Shown in pieces: positions 30,212 to 39,864 of a stretch of DNA of 64,000 nt. The DNA comes from an uncultured Actinomycetes bacterium (GTDB lineage: Bacteria; Actinomycetota; UBA4738; HRBIN12). The position numbers and the translations under genes are program-made. How positions within the stretch are numbered: the first letter of the stretch is position 1; each line of letters opens with the position of its first letter. The stretch lies in assembly GCA_963821925.1 (NCBI GenBank), contig CAWGFO010000001.1:449707-513706 (forward strand), in the 5' to 3' direction. Below the pieces are notes generated by a model. It had not been told where the DNA came from. It did not search any database and saw only the letters and a program-made list of their open reading frames with translations.

Positions 30212-32023
30212 CTACGCGGGATCGGCGTCGATCCCCGGCACCGTGCGCGCGAAGAAGTCGAGGATCGTCCGCTGCTGGCGGACGTCCTCGTCGATGTCGA
30301 AGGACCCGTGTCCGGTCGGGAACAGGTACACCTCGTGCGGATGGTTCCGCGCCTTCAGCGCGTCGACGTACGCGAGCGCCTGCCGGAGCGGGCACCGGCT
30401 GTCGTTCTCACCGATCACGAAGAGGACCGGGGCCGTCACCTTGTCCGCGTGCACGATCGGATTCCGGGTGGCCATCAGCTCCGGCACCTCGGTCGGCGCC
30501 CCACCCAGCAGGGCTCGGTCGTACGCCTGCAGGATCGGGGACATGTCGTCGTAGCTCATGACGTAGTCGCCGACGGGCACGCCGGCGAGCCCGGCGAGCC
30601 AGAGCTCGGGGTGGGTGCCGAGCTCCATCAGGGTGAGGTAGCCGCCCCACGACCAGCCGCCGATCGCCGCGCGCTCGGGATCGGCGACCCCTTCCGCGAC
30701 GAGATCGGCGAGGGCGGCGTTCAGGTCCTCGATCTCGGGCCCGCCGATGTCCCCGATCAGGGTGTCCCGCCACTCGGCGCCGAACCCCGTCGACCCCCGG
30801 TAGTTCACGAGCCCCACCGCGAACCCGGCGTCGACATAGGCCTGCACCTCCGGGGACCACCGGTCCTCGTCGAGCCAGGTTGGGCCGCCGTGCGGATGCA
30901 TCAGGAAGGGCCACGGGCCCTCGCCCTCGGGCGTGACGTAGAAGCCGTGCACGGACTGCCCGTGCTCGTTCTGGAAGCGCCACGAGACGTAGGGGCGGCC
31001 CTCGGGCGCACGCTCGCCCTCCGGAGCCAGCACCTCGACACCGGTGTCGTCGAGGATCCGCGGGGCGGTCGTACCCGAGGCGTGCCGCAGCCAGACCCGC
31101 CCGTCGGGCCGGACACGCCCGCCGCTGACCTGGCCTTCGGGGTGCTCGATCGGCGTGCGCGTGCCGTCGGCGAGGTCGAACCGGTACAGCCGATGGCGGC
31201 CCTCGTGCTCGTGGCGAAGGAGCAGCGCCGACGCGTCGGGCCACCAGTCGAGGACCAGCACCGGCCCCTCGAGCCCGGTCTCGAGGTCGCGCCATCCGCC
31301 GGAGGACGGCTCCCAGATCGCCGGGGCCGCCTCGCCCCCACGCTCGTGGATCACGACGAGACGCTGATCGCCTTCGATCGGCGACCATGCTGCCGCATCC
31401 AGGCTCCTGCCCTCGTCCACCTGCTCGGCGACCACCGCGCCCGTGCGCGGGTCCACGACGCGGAGCGCCGGGTGCATCAGGTTGCCGTGCTCGCTGTGCG
31501 AGAGGCAGAGCAGCGCGCCGTCGGTGGAGAGCCCGCCGCGGTTGTAGCCGTCACCACCGGCCACCCCCACGAACTCGGTGCTCCGGTAGAGCTCCTTGGC
31601 CTCGCCGCCCTCGAGGGCGACGTAGACGGCGAACCCATCGCGGTCGCTGACCGACGCGGCCGTCACGCCCGGCGCCACGGCGAACCCCTCGTTCCAGCCC
31701 TGCGGCACGCCCTCGAGGAAGGGACGGGCGTCGCCCCCCGCGAAGGGCTGCGCGAACCACCGGCCGGACTCGTCACCGTTCTCGTCCTGCCAGTACAGAA
31801 CGTGCGCGCCGTCGACGTCGAACGACGCGGTCACGACGCCCACCGGATGGTCCGTGACCTTGCGCCGCAGACCGGTTCCCGGGTTCCAGACGTGCACCTG
31901 CCAGATCCCGCTCTCGGTCCCCTCGTAGCCGATCCGGTCGGGGGCGCGCGTGGGCCAATCGGGCATGGACAGCGTGGGCGCGCGGAACCGCCGCTCCCAC
32001 CGAGGCATCGAAGGATCGCTCAT
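30212..32023 (-). CDS. S9 family serine peptidase (prolyl oligopeptidase/acylaminoacyl-peptidase type) with N-terminal beta-propeller
   Basis: C-terminal alpha/beta-hydrolase with GGWSWGGYLT nucleophile elbow; Asp and His region downstream (FVIGENDSRCP...FPTGHG). Confidence 0.8.
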   Translation of the reverse strand: MSDPSMPRWERRFRAPTLSMPDWPTRAPDRIGYEGTESGIWQVHVWNPGTGLRRKVTDHPVGVVTASFDVDGAHVLYWQDENGDESGRWFAQPFAGGDARPFLEGVPQGWNEGFAVAPGVTAASVSDRDGFAVYVALEGGEAKELYRSTEFVGVAGGDGYNRGGLSTDGALLCLSHSEHGNLMHPALRVVDPRTGAVVAEQVDEGRSLDAAAWSPIEGDQRLVVIHERGGEAAPAIWEPSSGGWRDLETGLEGPVLVLDWWPDASALLLRHEHEGRHRLYRFDLADGTRTPIEHPEGQVSGGRVRPDGRVWLRHASGTTAPRILDDTGVEVLAPEGERAPEGRPYVSWRFQNEHGQSVHGFYVTPEGEGPWPFLMHPHGGPTWLDEDRWSPEVQAYVDAGFAVGLVNYRGSTGFGAEWRDTLIGDIGGPEIEDLNAALADLVAEGVADPERAAIGGWSWGGYLTLMELGTHPELWLAGLAGVPVGDYVMSYDDMSPILQAYDRALLGGAPTEVPELMATRNPIVHADKVTAPVLFVIGENDSRCPLRQALAYVDALKARNHPHEVYLFPTGHGSFDIDEDVRQQRTILDFFARTVPGIDADPA

Positions 32024-32107
32024 CCGGACACCCTACCGAGGAGACCCGGTCCGGGCGAGTTCCCGGGGCTCCCGTTCTTGCTGCCTCGCGCCGCGACGAA
32101 GGTCGCG

Positions 32108-34429
32108 TCAGTCCCCGGCCCGCGCGATCGCGGCGAGGACCCGCTCGGGCGACAGCGGGAGGTCCAGATGTCGGACGCCGAGATGGCGCACCGCATCGAC
32201 GGCCGCGTTCTGCACGGCGGGCGTCGATCCGATGCAGGCCGACTCGCCGATCCCCTTCGCGCCCAAGGGGTTCGTGGGCGTAGGCGTCTCCGTGTGCGCC
32301 GTCTCGAACCAGGGGAACTCCGCGGCCGAGGGCATGCCGTACGTCGTGAGCGTGGCGCTCAACGGGTTCCCGAGCTCGTCGAACACGACCTCTTCGAAGA
32401 GGGCCTGCGCGATGCCCTGGGCCAGCCCTCCGTGCACCTGGCCGTCGACGAGCATCGGGCTCAGGATCCGGCCGCAGTCGTCGACCGCGATATGGCGGAC
32501 CAACCGCACCGCGCCCGTTTCGATGTCCACCTCGACCACGGCCACGTGGGCGCCGAACGGGAACGACGACGACGACTGACGGAACCGGCCCGCCGACACG
32601 AGCCCGGGCTCAAGGTCCGAGGGCAGCAGCGCGGGATCGCTGGCCACGGCGGCGAGCTCGGCCCACGTGATCGACCGGTCCGGCGCGCCGTGCACCGCGA
32701 AGCGGCCGTCGGCCGGCGGGTCGACGTCGGCCTCGTCGGCCTCGAGCAGGTGCGCGGCCAGACGGCGGGCCTTCTCGATCACCTTCCCGGCCTGCTCGAC
32801 GACCGCCGATCCCCCCGCCTGCAGCGACCGAGATCCCCACGTCCCTTGGCCCCGCGGGACGACCCCCGTATCGGAATGCACAACGCGCACGGCGTCGAAC
32901 GGCACCCCGAGCACGGCGGCGGTCATCTGGGCGAACGCGGTCTCATGGCCCTGCCCGTTCGGGGTCACGCCGGTGAGCACCGTCACGCCGCCGTCCGGAT
33001 GGACCTCGACCGATCCGAACTCCTTCGACGAGAACGAGGTGATCTCGACATACGTGCACAGGCCGATCCCGAGCTGCAGATGGTCGCCACGCGCGCGGCG
33101 GGTCGCCTGCTCGGCGCGGAGCGCCGGGTAGTCGGCGATCCTCAGCGCCTCGTCGAGGGCGCGTTCGTAGTCGCCCGAGTCGTACGTGGTGCCGGAGGCC
33201 GTCGTGTACGGGAAGACATCGGGCGGGATCAGGTTCTTCCGCCTGACCTCCGCAGGGTCGAGGGCCAGGGCGTCGGCCACCAGGTCGAGGGCGCGTTCGA
33301 TCAGCGCGGTCGCCTCCGGACGCCCGGCGCCGCGGTACGGCGCGATCGGGGTCGCGTTCGTCACGACGCTCCGCCCGCGGCTCGCGATCCGTGGGATCGC
33401 GTACACCCCCGACAACATCTCCTGCGTCGTGACCGGCAGGAACGCCGCGATCGGATAGGCACCCATGTCCGCGAGCAGGTCGGCCCGCAGACCGACGATC
33501 GTGCCGTCGCGGCGGGCGCCGATCCGGACGTGCTGGACCTGTCCGCGCCCGTGGGTCAGGCCGAGCATGCTCTCGGTGCGCGTCTCGGCCCACCGTACCG
33601 GCCTGCCGGCGAGCACCGCGGCCTTCGCCACCGCCAGGTACTCGGGATAGACCTGCAGCTTCGCCCCGAACCCACCGCCCACGTCGGGCGCGATCGTGCG
33701 CACCTGCGCCTTCTCGAGCCCGAGCGCCTCGGCGATGTCGTCGCGGACGTCGAACGGGATCTGGGTCGACACCCACACCGTGACCCCCCCGCCCGACTCG
33801 GGCACCACGGCGATCGCGTTCGTCTCCATCGGGACGGGCGCGAGCCGCTGGTTCACGAACCGCCCTTCGACCACGACGTCGGCGCCCGCGAGCACGTCCT
33901 CTTCCCAATCGGTCTCGAAGGCGTTCGCGACGTTCGAGCCGCGCGCCGGCCAGAGCAAGGGAGCGCCGTCGTCGGCGGCGCGCTCCACGTCGGTCACCGC
34001 CTCGAGCGGCTCGTACTCGGGCTGCACGAGCTCGACGGCGTCCTCTCCGGCCGCGAGCGACTCGGCGAGGATCAGCGCGAACGGTTCCCCGACGAACCGC
34101 ACCGTGTCGCGCGCGAGGACCTCGCGGCCGAACACGCCTTCCAGGGTCCCGCTCGCCCCCTCGACGTTGCCGCTCGGCGGCATCGGGGGCAGCGAGAGGT
34201 CGTCCGCCGTGTAAACGGCGATCACCCCCGGGGAGTCGCGCGCCGCGTCGAGGTCCACCCCCAGCAGGCGGGCGTGCGGCATGATGGAGCGAACGAACAT
34301 CGCCCGCACCGCGCCCTCGATCGGGATGTTCTCAACGTATCGGCCCCGGCCCCGGAGGAACCTCGGGTCTTCAGAACGGAGCGCCGAGACGCCGAACATC
34401 GAGGGAGGCAGGATCGTCACGGGGCCCAT
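32108..34429 (-). CDS. xanthine dehydrogenase/CO-dehydrogenase family molybdopterin-binding large subunit, orphan
   Basis: N-terminal SALRSEDPRFLRGRGRYVENI motif, aldehyde-oxidase a/b hammerhead and MoCo-binding domains (GGGFG, PYRGAGRPE, GQGHETA); start placed at Met 143 of ORF-track call (34429) or Met 153 (34399) because upstream part overlaps the + strand gene at 34469. Confidence 0.75.
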   Translation of the reverse strand: MGPVTILPPSMFGVSALRSEDPRFLRGRGRYVENIPIEGAVRAMFVRSIMPHARLLGVDLDAARDSPGVIAVYTADDLSLPPMPPSGNVEGASGTLEGVFGREVLARDTVRFVGEPFALILAESLAAGEDAVELVQPEYEPLEAVTDVERAADDGAPLLWPARGSNVANAFETDWEEDVLAGADVVVEGRFVNQRLAPVPMETNAIAVVPESGGGVTVWVSTQIPFDVRDDIAEALGLEKAQVRTIAPDVGGGFGAKLQVYPEYLAVAKAAVLAGRPVRWAETRTESMLGLTHGRGQVQHVRIGARRDGTIVGLRADLLADMGAYPIAAFLPVTTQEMLSGVYAIPRIASRGRSVVTNATPIAPYRGAGRPEATALIERALDLVADALALDPAEVRRKNLIPPDVFPYTTASGTTYDSGDYERALDEALRIADYPALRAEQATRRARGDHLQLGIGLCTYVEITSFSSKEFGSVEVHPDGGVTVLTGVTPNGQGHETAFAQMTAAVLGVPFDAVRVVHSDTGVVPRGQGTWGSRSLQAGGSAVVEQAGKVIEKARRLAAHLLEADEADVDPPADGRFAVHGAPDRSITWAELAAVASDPALLPSDLEPGLVSAGRFRQSSSSFPFGAHVAVVEVDIETGAVRLVRHIAVDDCGRILSPMLVDGQVHGGLAQGIAQALFEEVVFDELGNPLSATLTTYGMPSAAEFPWFETAHTETPTPTNPLGAKGIGESACIGSTPAVQNAAVDAVRHLGVRHLDLPLSPERVLAAIARAGD

Positions 34430-34468
34430 GCTCGCACACGGGCTCCCGCGCAGAGGGGGAAGGTCCGG

Positions 34469-35587
34469 ATGAGGCATCTCCGCGCCGTCGCGACGGCGGT
34501 TGCGGCCGTAGCGCTCGTCCTCGGAACCGCGACCGGCGCCGTGGCCGCGCGGGCTCGGGTGGTGCCCGTCGCGGCGCTCGACGACCCGGTCGGGTTCACG
34601 TTCACGCCGAACGGGCGGGTCGTCTACCTGGAGCGCGCCACGGGTGAGGTCCGGTTCCTGAACCCTCGGACCGGCGCTGACCACCTCTTCTTCCGGATCA
34701 GGGGCCTGAACAGCGACGGCGAGCGCGGCGCCCTGGGCGTGGCGCTCCACCCAGCCTGGCCACGGCAGCCGTTCGTCTACGTCTACGTCACGCGTGCGTT
34801 CGGCGACCGTCCGCTCCAGAACCAGCTCGTGCGCATCCGCGACGTGGCCGGACACGGCGCGGGGATGCGGATCCTGCTGCGCTCGCCGATCGGCTCACGG
34901 GCGAACCACAACGGCGGCCGGATCCTGTTCGGTCCCGACGGCAAGCTCTACGTCGTGATCGGTGACGGCGGCGAGGATCCGGGCACGGCGCAGGATCTCT
35001 CGGCCTCCGAGCCGCGCGGCAAGGTCCTGCGGCTCAACCCGAACGGCACCGTCCCGGCCACGAACCCGATCGCGGACAACCCGCTGTGGTCCTACGGACA
35101 CCGCAATTCGATCGGGATGGCCTTCGACCCCGAGACCGGCTCGTTGTGGGAGACCGAGAACGGCCCTGACTGCAACGACGAGGTGAACCTGATCGTCGAG
35201 GGCGGGAACTTCGCCTGGGGGCCGACCCAGCAGTGTGGGATCGACACCACGCCGCTCGACACGAACCGCGACGGCCCCGACCCGAAGCGACTGCCGGCCG
35301 CGTGGTTCGAGCGGACGATCGCGATCACCGGCGCGGCTTTCTGCGAGGGATGCGGGCTCGGCCCGTCGTTCGAGGGCGACCTGCTGTTCGGGTGCGCGAA
35401 CGGGAACTGCAAGGCCACCGTCGGCCCGCTCGGCCGGTTCGACCTGAACGGGGCGCGCGACGCGCTCGCGGCCCCCGAGGAGGTCCGCACCCGGTTCGAC
35501 GGACCGGTCTATTCGATCGAGGTCGCGCCCAGCGGGCGGATCTGGTTCAGCGATTACCGTGGTATCTACCGACTGGCGCACGCGTGA
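34469..35587 (+). CDS. secreted PQQ-dependent sugar dehydrogenase (soluble glucose/sorbosone dehydrogenase-like beta-propeller)
   Basis: Signal peptide then motifs GLNSDGERGALGVALHP, HNGGRILFGPDGKLYVVIGDGG, GHRNSIGMAFDPETGSLWETENGPDCNDEVN typical of GSDH/YliI family; hidden inside the spurious 1918-aa ORF-track call. Confidence 0.75.
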   Translation: MRHLRAVATAVAAVALVLGTATGAVAARARVVPVAALDDPVGFTFTPNGRVVYLERATGEVRFLNPRTGADHLFFRIRGLNSDGERGALGVALHPAWPRQPFVYVYVTRAFGDRPLQNQLVRIRDVAGHGAGMRILLRSPIGSRANHNGGRILFGPDGKLYVVIGDGGEDPGTAQDLSASEPRGKVLRLNPNGTVPATNPIADNPLWSYGHRNSIGMAFDPETGSLWETENGPDCNDEVNLIVEGGNFAWGPTQQCGIDTTPLDTNRDGPDPKRLPAAWFERTIAITGAAFCEGCGLGPSFEGDLLFGCANGNCKATVGPLGRFDLNGARDALAAPEEVRTRFDGPVYSIEVAPSGRIWFSDYRGIYRLAHA

Positions 35588-35616
35588 TGCGCGACGACCG
35601 AGGGGAGCATGCATCG

Positions 35617-36711
35617 ATGCGAGGGACGAGGATCGCGGCGGCGCTCGTCGCGTTGACGCTCACCGGCACCGCGCTGGTGGGCGCCGCGGGACCCGCGGCC
35701 GCCGGGACCGGGGTGGGCACCGTGAAGGTGAAGGGCGGTCTGAACGACCCGGCGGGGTTCACGTTCACCCCGAAGGGCGTGATCGTCTACGCCGAACGTG
35801 CTACGGGCGAGATCCGTTACCTGAATCCTGCGACGGATCACGACCGGTTGTTGATGACGATCCCCGGCGTGAACGGCAGCGGTGAACGAGGCGCGCTCGG
35901 CGTGGCGCTGCACCCCCGGTGGCCCCAGAAGAAGTTCGTGTACGTGTACGTCACGCGCTCCACAGCGGACGGTCTGCGCAACCAGATCGTGCGGATCCAC
36001 GACGGGAGCGGCGCGGGTACCGCGATGAAGGTGCTGCTCTCGGTCCCCGCGAGTGCGGATCCGTACCACAACGGCGGGCGGATCCTGTTCGGTCCCGATC
36101 GGATGCTGTACGCGATCGTCGGGGACGGGCACGACTCGTCGAACGCTCAGGACCGCTCGAACAACCTGCGCGGCAAGATCCTCCGCCTGAACCCCGACGG
36201 GTCGATCCCCGCCGACAACCCGGGCGGCCACAAGTGGTGGGCGTACGGGATCCGCAACTCGTTCGGGTTCGCGTTCGACCCGCAGACCGGGAGCCTCTGG
36301 GAGACCGAGAACGGTCCGGAGTGCAACGACGAGCTGAACCTGATCGTCCGGGGCGGGAACTACGCGTGGGGACCGAACGAGACCTGCGCCGGAAGCGCGC
36401 CTGGGAACACGAACCAGGACGGGAAGAACCGCCGTCTCCCCGAAGACTGGTGGACGACGACGATCGGCATCACCGGCGCGGCGTTCTGCGACGGCTGTGG
36501 CCTGGGCGCGGCCGCCGAGGGCGACCTGTTCCTGGGCGCCTGCTGCGACGGGGGGGTCATCCAGCAGCTCGAGCTCAACGCGGGGCGCGACGGCGTGATG
36601 AGCCGCACCGACGTGGGGACGGCGCCGGGGGGCGCGATCTACTCGATGGAGGTCGGTCCGAACGGCTCGATCTACTTCAGCGACTACGAGGCGATCTACC
36701 GGATCACATGA
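35617..36711 (+). CDS. secreted PQQ-dependent sugar dehydrogenase, tandem paralogue
   Basis: Same motif set as the upstream gene with ~85% nucleotide identity over conserved blocks; SD AGGGGAG 9 nt upstream of ATG 35617. Confidence 0.75.
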   Translation: MRGTRIAAALVALTLTGTALVGAAGPAAAGTGVGTVKVKGGLNDPAGFTFTPKGVIVYAERATGEIRYLNPATDHDRLLMTIPGVNGSGERGALGVALHPRWPQKKFVYVYVTRSTADGLRNQIVRIHDGSGAGTAMKVLLSVPASADPYHNGGRILFGPDRMLYAIVGDGHDSSNAQDRSNNLRGKILRLNPDGSIPADNPGGHKWWAYGIRNSFGFAFDPQTGSLWETENGPECNDELNLIVRGGNYAWGPNETCAGSAPGNTNQDGKNRRLPEDWWTTTIGITGAAFCDGCGLGAAAEGDLFLGACCDGGVIQQLELNAGRDGVMSRTDVGTAPGGAIYSMEVGPNGSIYFSDYEAIYRIT

Positions 36712-36805
36712 GCCGGGGGCGTCTCTGGCCCGATCCGCCGCGGTAGGAGTACCCTCGGCGTAACGCCCGGCTCCCGGGTCCGCACGAACCCTCGGGAGGT
36801 GATCC

Positions 36806-36934
36806 ATGGACATCGGAGCCCCGAAGCGGATCATCGAGGTCGAACCGGCGGAGCTCCCCGTGCCCGGACCCGTGCGCGAGGAGCCGCTCCCGGCGGCCGA
36901 ACCGGTACCCGCCCCCGTCGAGCCCGGCCACTAG
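36806..36934 (+). CDS. small Pro/Glu/Val-rich protein (42 aa)
   Basis: Perfect SD GGGAGGTGA 5 nt before ATG; stop TAG 3 nt before the GTG of the next gene; no homology recognised. Confidence 0.35.
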   Translation: MDIGAPKRIIEVEPAELPVPGPVREEPLPAAEPVPAPVEPGH

Positions 36935-36937
36935 CCC

Positions 36938-37513
36938 GTGTCCCGCGTCGACACCGACCTCGTCGCCGCGGTCGAGCGATCGACCGAGCCGATCGTCGCG
37001 TGGCGCTCGTGGGCCCTGACCGGCCACAGGGACGGCACGAAACTCCTCCTGCGGCCCGTCGCGGGGCGCGCGCATCCGTGGCGCCCGCGGGAGCCCGCGA
37101 CCGCGACGTGCAAGCGGAGCGGGGTCTTCCACGAGGCACCGGCGGTCGGCTGCACGTGCGGCCTCCATGCTTCCCAGACGCTCGACATCCTGCGGAGGAC
37201 GAAGTGCCCGGCCGTGCTCGGGCGCGTGGCGCTCTGGGGCCGGGTCGTCGAGCACGAGCTCGGCTACCGAGCGCGGTTCGGATACCCGCAGCGCCTGCGG
37301 CTGATCTGCCAGTTCTGCTTCTGGCAGAAGGGCCCGCTCGGGCGGGCGCCGGCCGTCGTGGCCTTCTACCCGCGGGACGAGCTGGTGCCGCTCTGCGCCA
37401 CCCACCTCGAGTCGGCGCAGGCGAACGGGATGCCACCCAGGAGGCTGCTGCCCGCGGATCTCGTGGATCAGTGCCTGCGGGAGACCTACGCCGTCGACCC
37501 GCTCGCGATCTGA
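36938..37513 (+). CDS. Cys-rich hypothetical protein (191 aa; C..CxC.....C....CxxC....C)
   Basis: High GC3 coding signal; 8 Cys incl. GCTCGLHA and ICQFCF motifs suggest metal binding; translationally coupled to the 42-aa ORF. Confidence 0.5.
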   Translation: MSRVDTDLVAAVERSTEPIVAWRSWALTGHRDGTKLLLRPVAGRAHPWRPREPATATCKRSGVFHEAPAVGCTCGLHASQTLDILRRTKCPAVLGRVALWGRVVEHELGYRARFGYPQRLRLICQFCFWQKGPLGRAPAVVAFYPRDELVPLCATHLESAQANGMPPRRLLPADLVDQCLRETYAVDPLAI

Positions 37514-38992
37514 CTACCCCTCGATGGAACGCTTCTTCAGGGCGGCGGAGCGCGCGAGGCGGGCCCGTAGCTCGGAGGCCTCGGGGCTGATCGGGAAGAC
37601 CGGCGATCCGTCGGCCTCATCGTCATCCTCGTGGTGTTCGTCCGACGCCTCGGACACTGCGGGGTCGTACTCGGATAGGTGGCCGGCCTCCCCCACGACC
37701 GCGTGCTGACCGTTCGTGGCCGGCGCCGGATGCCCGTTCGAGCGGACGGGACCCTCGAAGCCGAGCTCGGCCAGCCGCTGTTCGGCGTCGGCGGCCCGCT
37801 CCTCGGCCGCGATCACCCGGGCCTCGAGCAGCTCGAGCGCTTGGGCCTCGAGCGAGGCGGCGGTGCTCGACGGGACGGTGCGCGAGGCGAGCGCCTCGTC
37901 GGCGATCTCCGGGGCTTCACGCTTCGCGGCCGCCAGCATGACCTCGAAGTCCGCGGCCCGGCGCTCCGCCTCGGACGCGCGATCGTCCGCCTCGGCCACG
38001 CGACGCTCGGCGTCGGCCAGCCGATCGGTCTCGGCGGCGGTCTCCGCGACAGTCTCGGCGGCGGCCGAAGCGGTGGCGAGCTCCGTCCGCAACGCGGCGA
38101 TGTTCTCGGCGTGCTCCGCCTTCAGCGCGGCGATCGTCTCCTCGGGCTCTCCGCTCTGCCGGGCCGGCTCCTCCTCGCGGACGGATGGCGCGGCGGCGGG
38201 TCTCGACGTCGGCGGGGTGACGACGGGCTCCGCGGCCCGTCGGCGCAACGAGCGAAGGGTCAACCCGCCGAACACCACGGCAAGGGCGACGCACGTCCAC
38301 TGGACCGCCCGCCACGGACCCGCCGCGGCCGAGCGGACGGCGTCGAAGTACTGATCGATCTGCACCGCGCCGAGGACGTCGGTGCGGTCGGTCACCCGGA
38401 GCGGGACGAACGTCTCGAACAGGTCGGTCGGGGCGGCGTCTCCGCCCGAGGGCGTCGCGAACGGCACGGTCGCGAGCCGGCTCGCCACGGCCCCCCCGGC
38501 CGCGGCCGTGATCGCCGGGTCTTCGTTCACGCGGAGCCGGCCGATCTTCCCGCGTTCGTTCGCGGCGGTGGAGAACAGGAGGGTGCCGTCGGGCGACCAC
38601 AACCGCACTCGGGCGACCAGCGGATCGTCGAACACCCGGTCCTGGACGACGGCCTGAAGGTTCCGGTAGGCCGTGCCGGCGAGCGGCGTCGACACGTCGC
38701 GCGCGGCGAGCGCGTGGTGGAGCACGGTGTCCCCGTACTGGAGCGCCCGGCGCTCGGCAGCGTCCACCCGCTCGGTGAGCGCCGCCCGCTCTCGCTCGCG
38801 CGCCACCATGAACAGCAGCAGGCACAGCGCCGCCAGCCCGCCCCAGACGAGATAGCCGATCCGCGCGTTCCGGTGGATCCCCTTCAATCGATCACCCTCA
38901 GACGGTCTCCGCCGCGCGCGCGGCGGAGACGCTCCGGTCACTGGGTTGTCGTCACGGTTCCCCCGACCTTGAATCCGATCGCCGGGGACCAC
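37514..38992 (-). CDS. membrane protein with extracytoplasmic domain between two TM helices and cytoplasmic coiled-coil plus acidic tail
   Basis: TM1 IGYLVWGGLAALCLLLFMV, ~170-aa periplasmic segment, TM2 WTCVALAVVFGGLTL, then Ala/Glu/Arg-rich coiled-coil and DEHHEDDDEAD tail; start codon uncertain. Confidence 0.5.
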   Translation of the reverse strand: MVPGDRIQGRGNRDDNPVTGASPPRARRRPSEGDRLKGIHRNARIGYLVWGGLAALCLLLFMVARERERAALTERVDAAERRALQYGDTVLHHALAARDVSTPLAGTAYRNLQAVVQDRVFDDPLVARVRLWSPDGTLLFSTAANERGKIGRLRVNEDPAITAAAGGAVASRLATVPFATPSGGDAAPTDLFETFVPLRVTDRTDVLGAVQIDQYFDAVRSAAAGPWRAVQWTCVALAVVFGGLTLRSLRRRAAEPVVTPPTSRPAAAPSVREEEPARQSGEPEETIAALKAEHAENIAALRTELATASAAAETVAETAAETDRLADAERRVAEADDRASEAERRAADFEVMLAAAKREAPEIADEALASRTVPSSTAASLEAQALELLEARVIAAEERAADAEQRLAELGFEGPVRSNGHPAPATNGQHAVVGEAGHLSEYDPAVSEASDEHHEDDDEADGSPVFPISPEASELRARLARSAALKKRSIEG

Positions 38993-39065
38993 TCAGGGAA
39001 GCCGCCCCGCCTGCCGATAAGGGGGCACATCCGGAACGGTATCCGGAGCGGTCTGGAGGCTTCCC

Positions 39066-39854
39066 GTGCGTCTTCCCCCCGTGGCGCGCCGGACCCTGGT
39101 GGTCCTCGCGTGCGGCGCGATCCTCGCCGGCGTCCTCGCGCCCGCGGCGAACGCGTCGGTCCTCGACGGCATGCTCCGCGATCGCCGCCGGATCACCGCG
39201 ACGATCGGCAAGATCCGAGCTGACCATCGGGGCAGGACCCGGGCGCTCGCGACGACGATCGCGCGCGCCGACCACATGCTGGAGCGCGGGGCCCGTGGAC
39301 GCGCGCTCGATCCCCAGCGATGGCGACACATCAGCCGTCAGATCCACCGTACGCGCTGGGAGACAGCGACCCGGCTGCACCGGCTCGACCGCTACACGGA
39401 CCGCCGGGTGAGCGCGCTGCTCCGTCGGCGCGACCGGATCGGCGCGTGGCTCGACACCTGGGCCGTCTTCCGAGCCTGCCCCGTGGGCGGCCCGCACGTC
39501 GTGGCCGACAACTTCGGCATCACCGTCCGGCTCGAAGGCGTCCCGGTCCACCGTCACTTGGGGAACGACATCTCGGCCTCGACGGGCACGCCGATCGTGG
39601 CGCCGTTCGACGGCTACGCGTCGGCATCCTCGAGCCCGCTCGGTGGCCTCGAGGTGCGGGTCAAGGGGGCGACGGGCTACGTGTACAACGCGCATCTGAT
39701 GTCGTACGCACGACTCGGGTACGTCGGTGCCGGCGCCGTGATCGGCTACGTCGGGAGCACCGGTGACGCGACGACCCCCCACGACCACTTCGAATGGCAC
39801 CCCTGGGACGGCGGCGCCGTCGACCCGAACCCCTACCTCGACGTCGTCTGCTGA
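39066..39854 (+). CDS. M23 family metallopeptidase (LytM-type) with N-terminal coiled-coil/Arg-rich region
   Basis: HxxxD (HLGNDIS) and HxH (PHDHFEWH) Zn ligands, GYVGSTG motif; signal peptide-like N-terminus. Confidence 0.8.
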   Translation: MRLPPVARRTLVVLACGAILAGVLAPAANASVLDGMLRDRRRITATIGKIRADHRGRTRALATTIARADHMLERGARGRALDPQRWRHISRQIHRTRWETATRLHRLDRYTDRRVSALLRRRDRIGAWLDTWAVFRACPVGGPHVVADNFGITVRLEGVPVHRHLGNDISASTGTPIVAPFDGYASASSSPLGGLEVRVKGATGYVYNAHLMSYARLGYVGAGAVIGYVGSTGDATTPHDHFEWHPWDGGAVDPNPYLDVVC

Positions 39855-39864
39855 GCGATCACCC

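Noticed and set aside
29831-35587. 1918-aa ORF on + strand
   Set aside because: Arg/Pro/Gly/Ala-rich antisense translation typical of high-GC DNA; it lies opposite three well-supported minus-strand genes (gdhA, S9 peptidase, Mo-hydroxylase) and only its last ~370 codons (from ATG 34469) correspond to a real gene.
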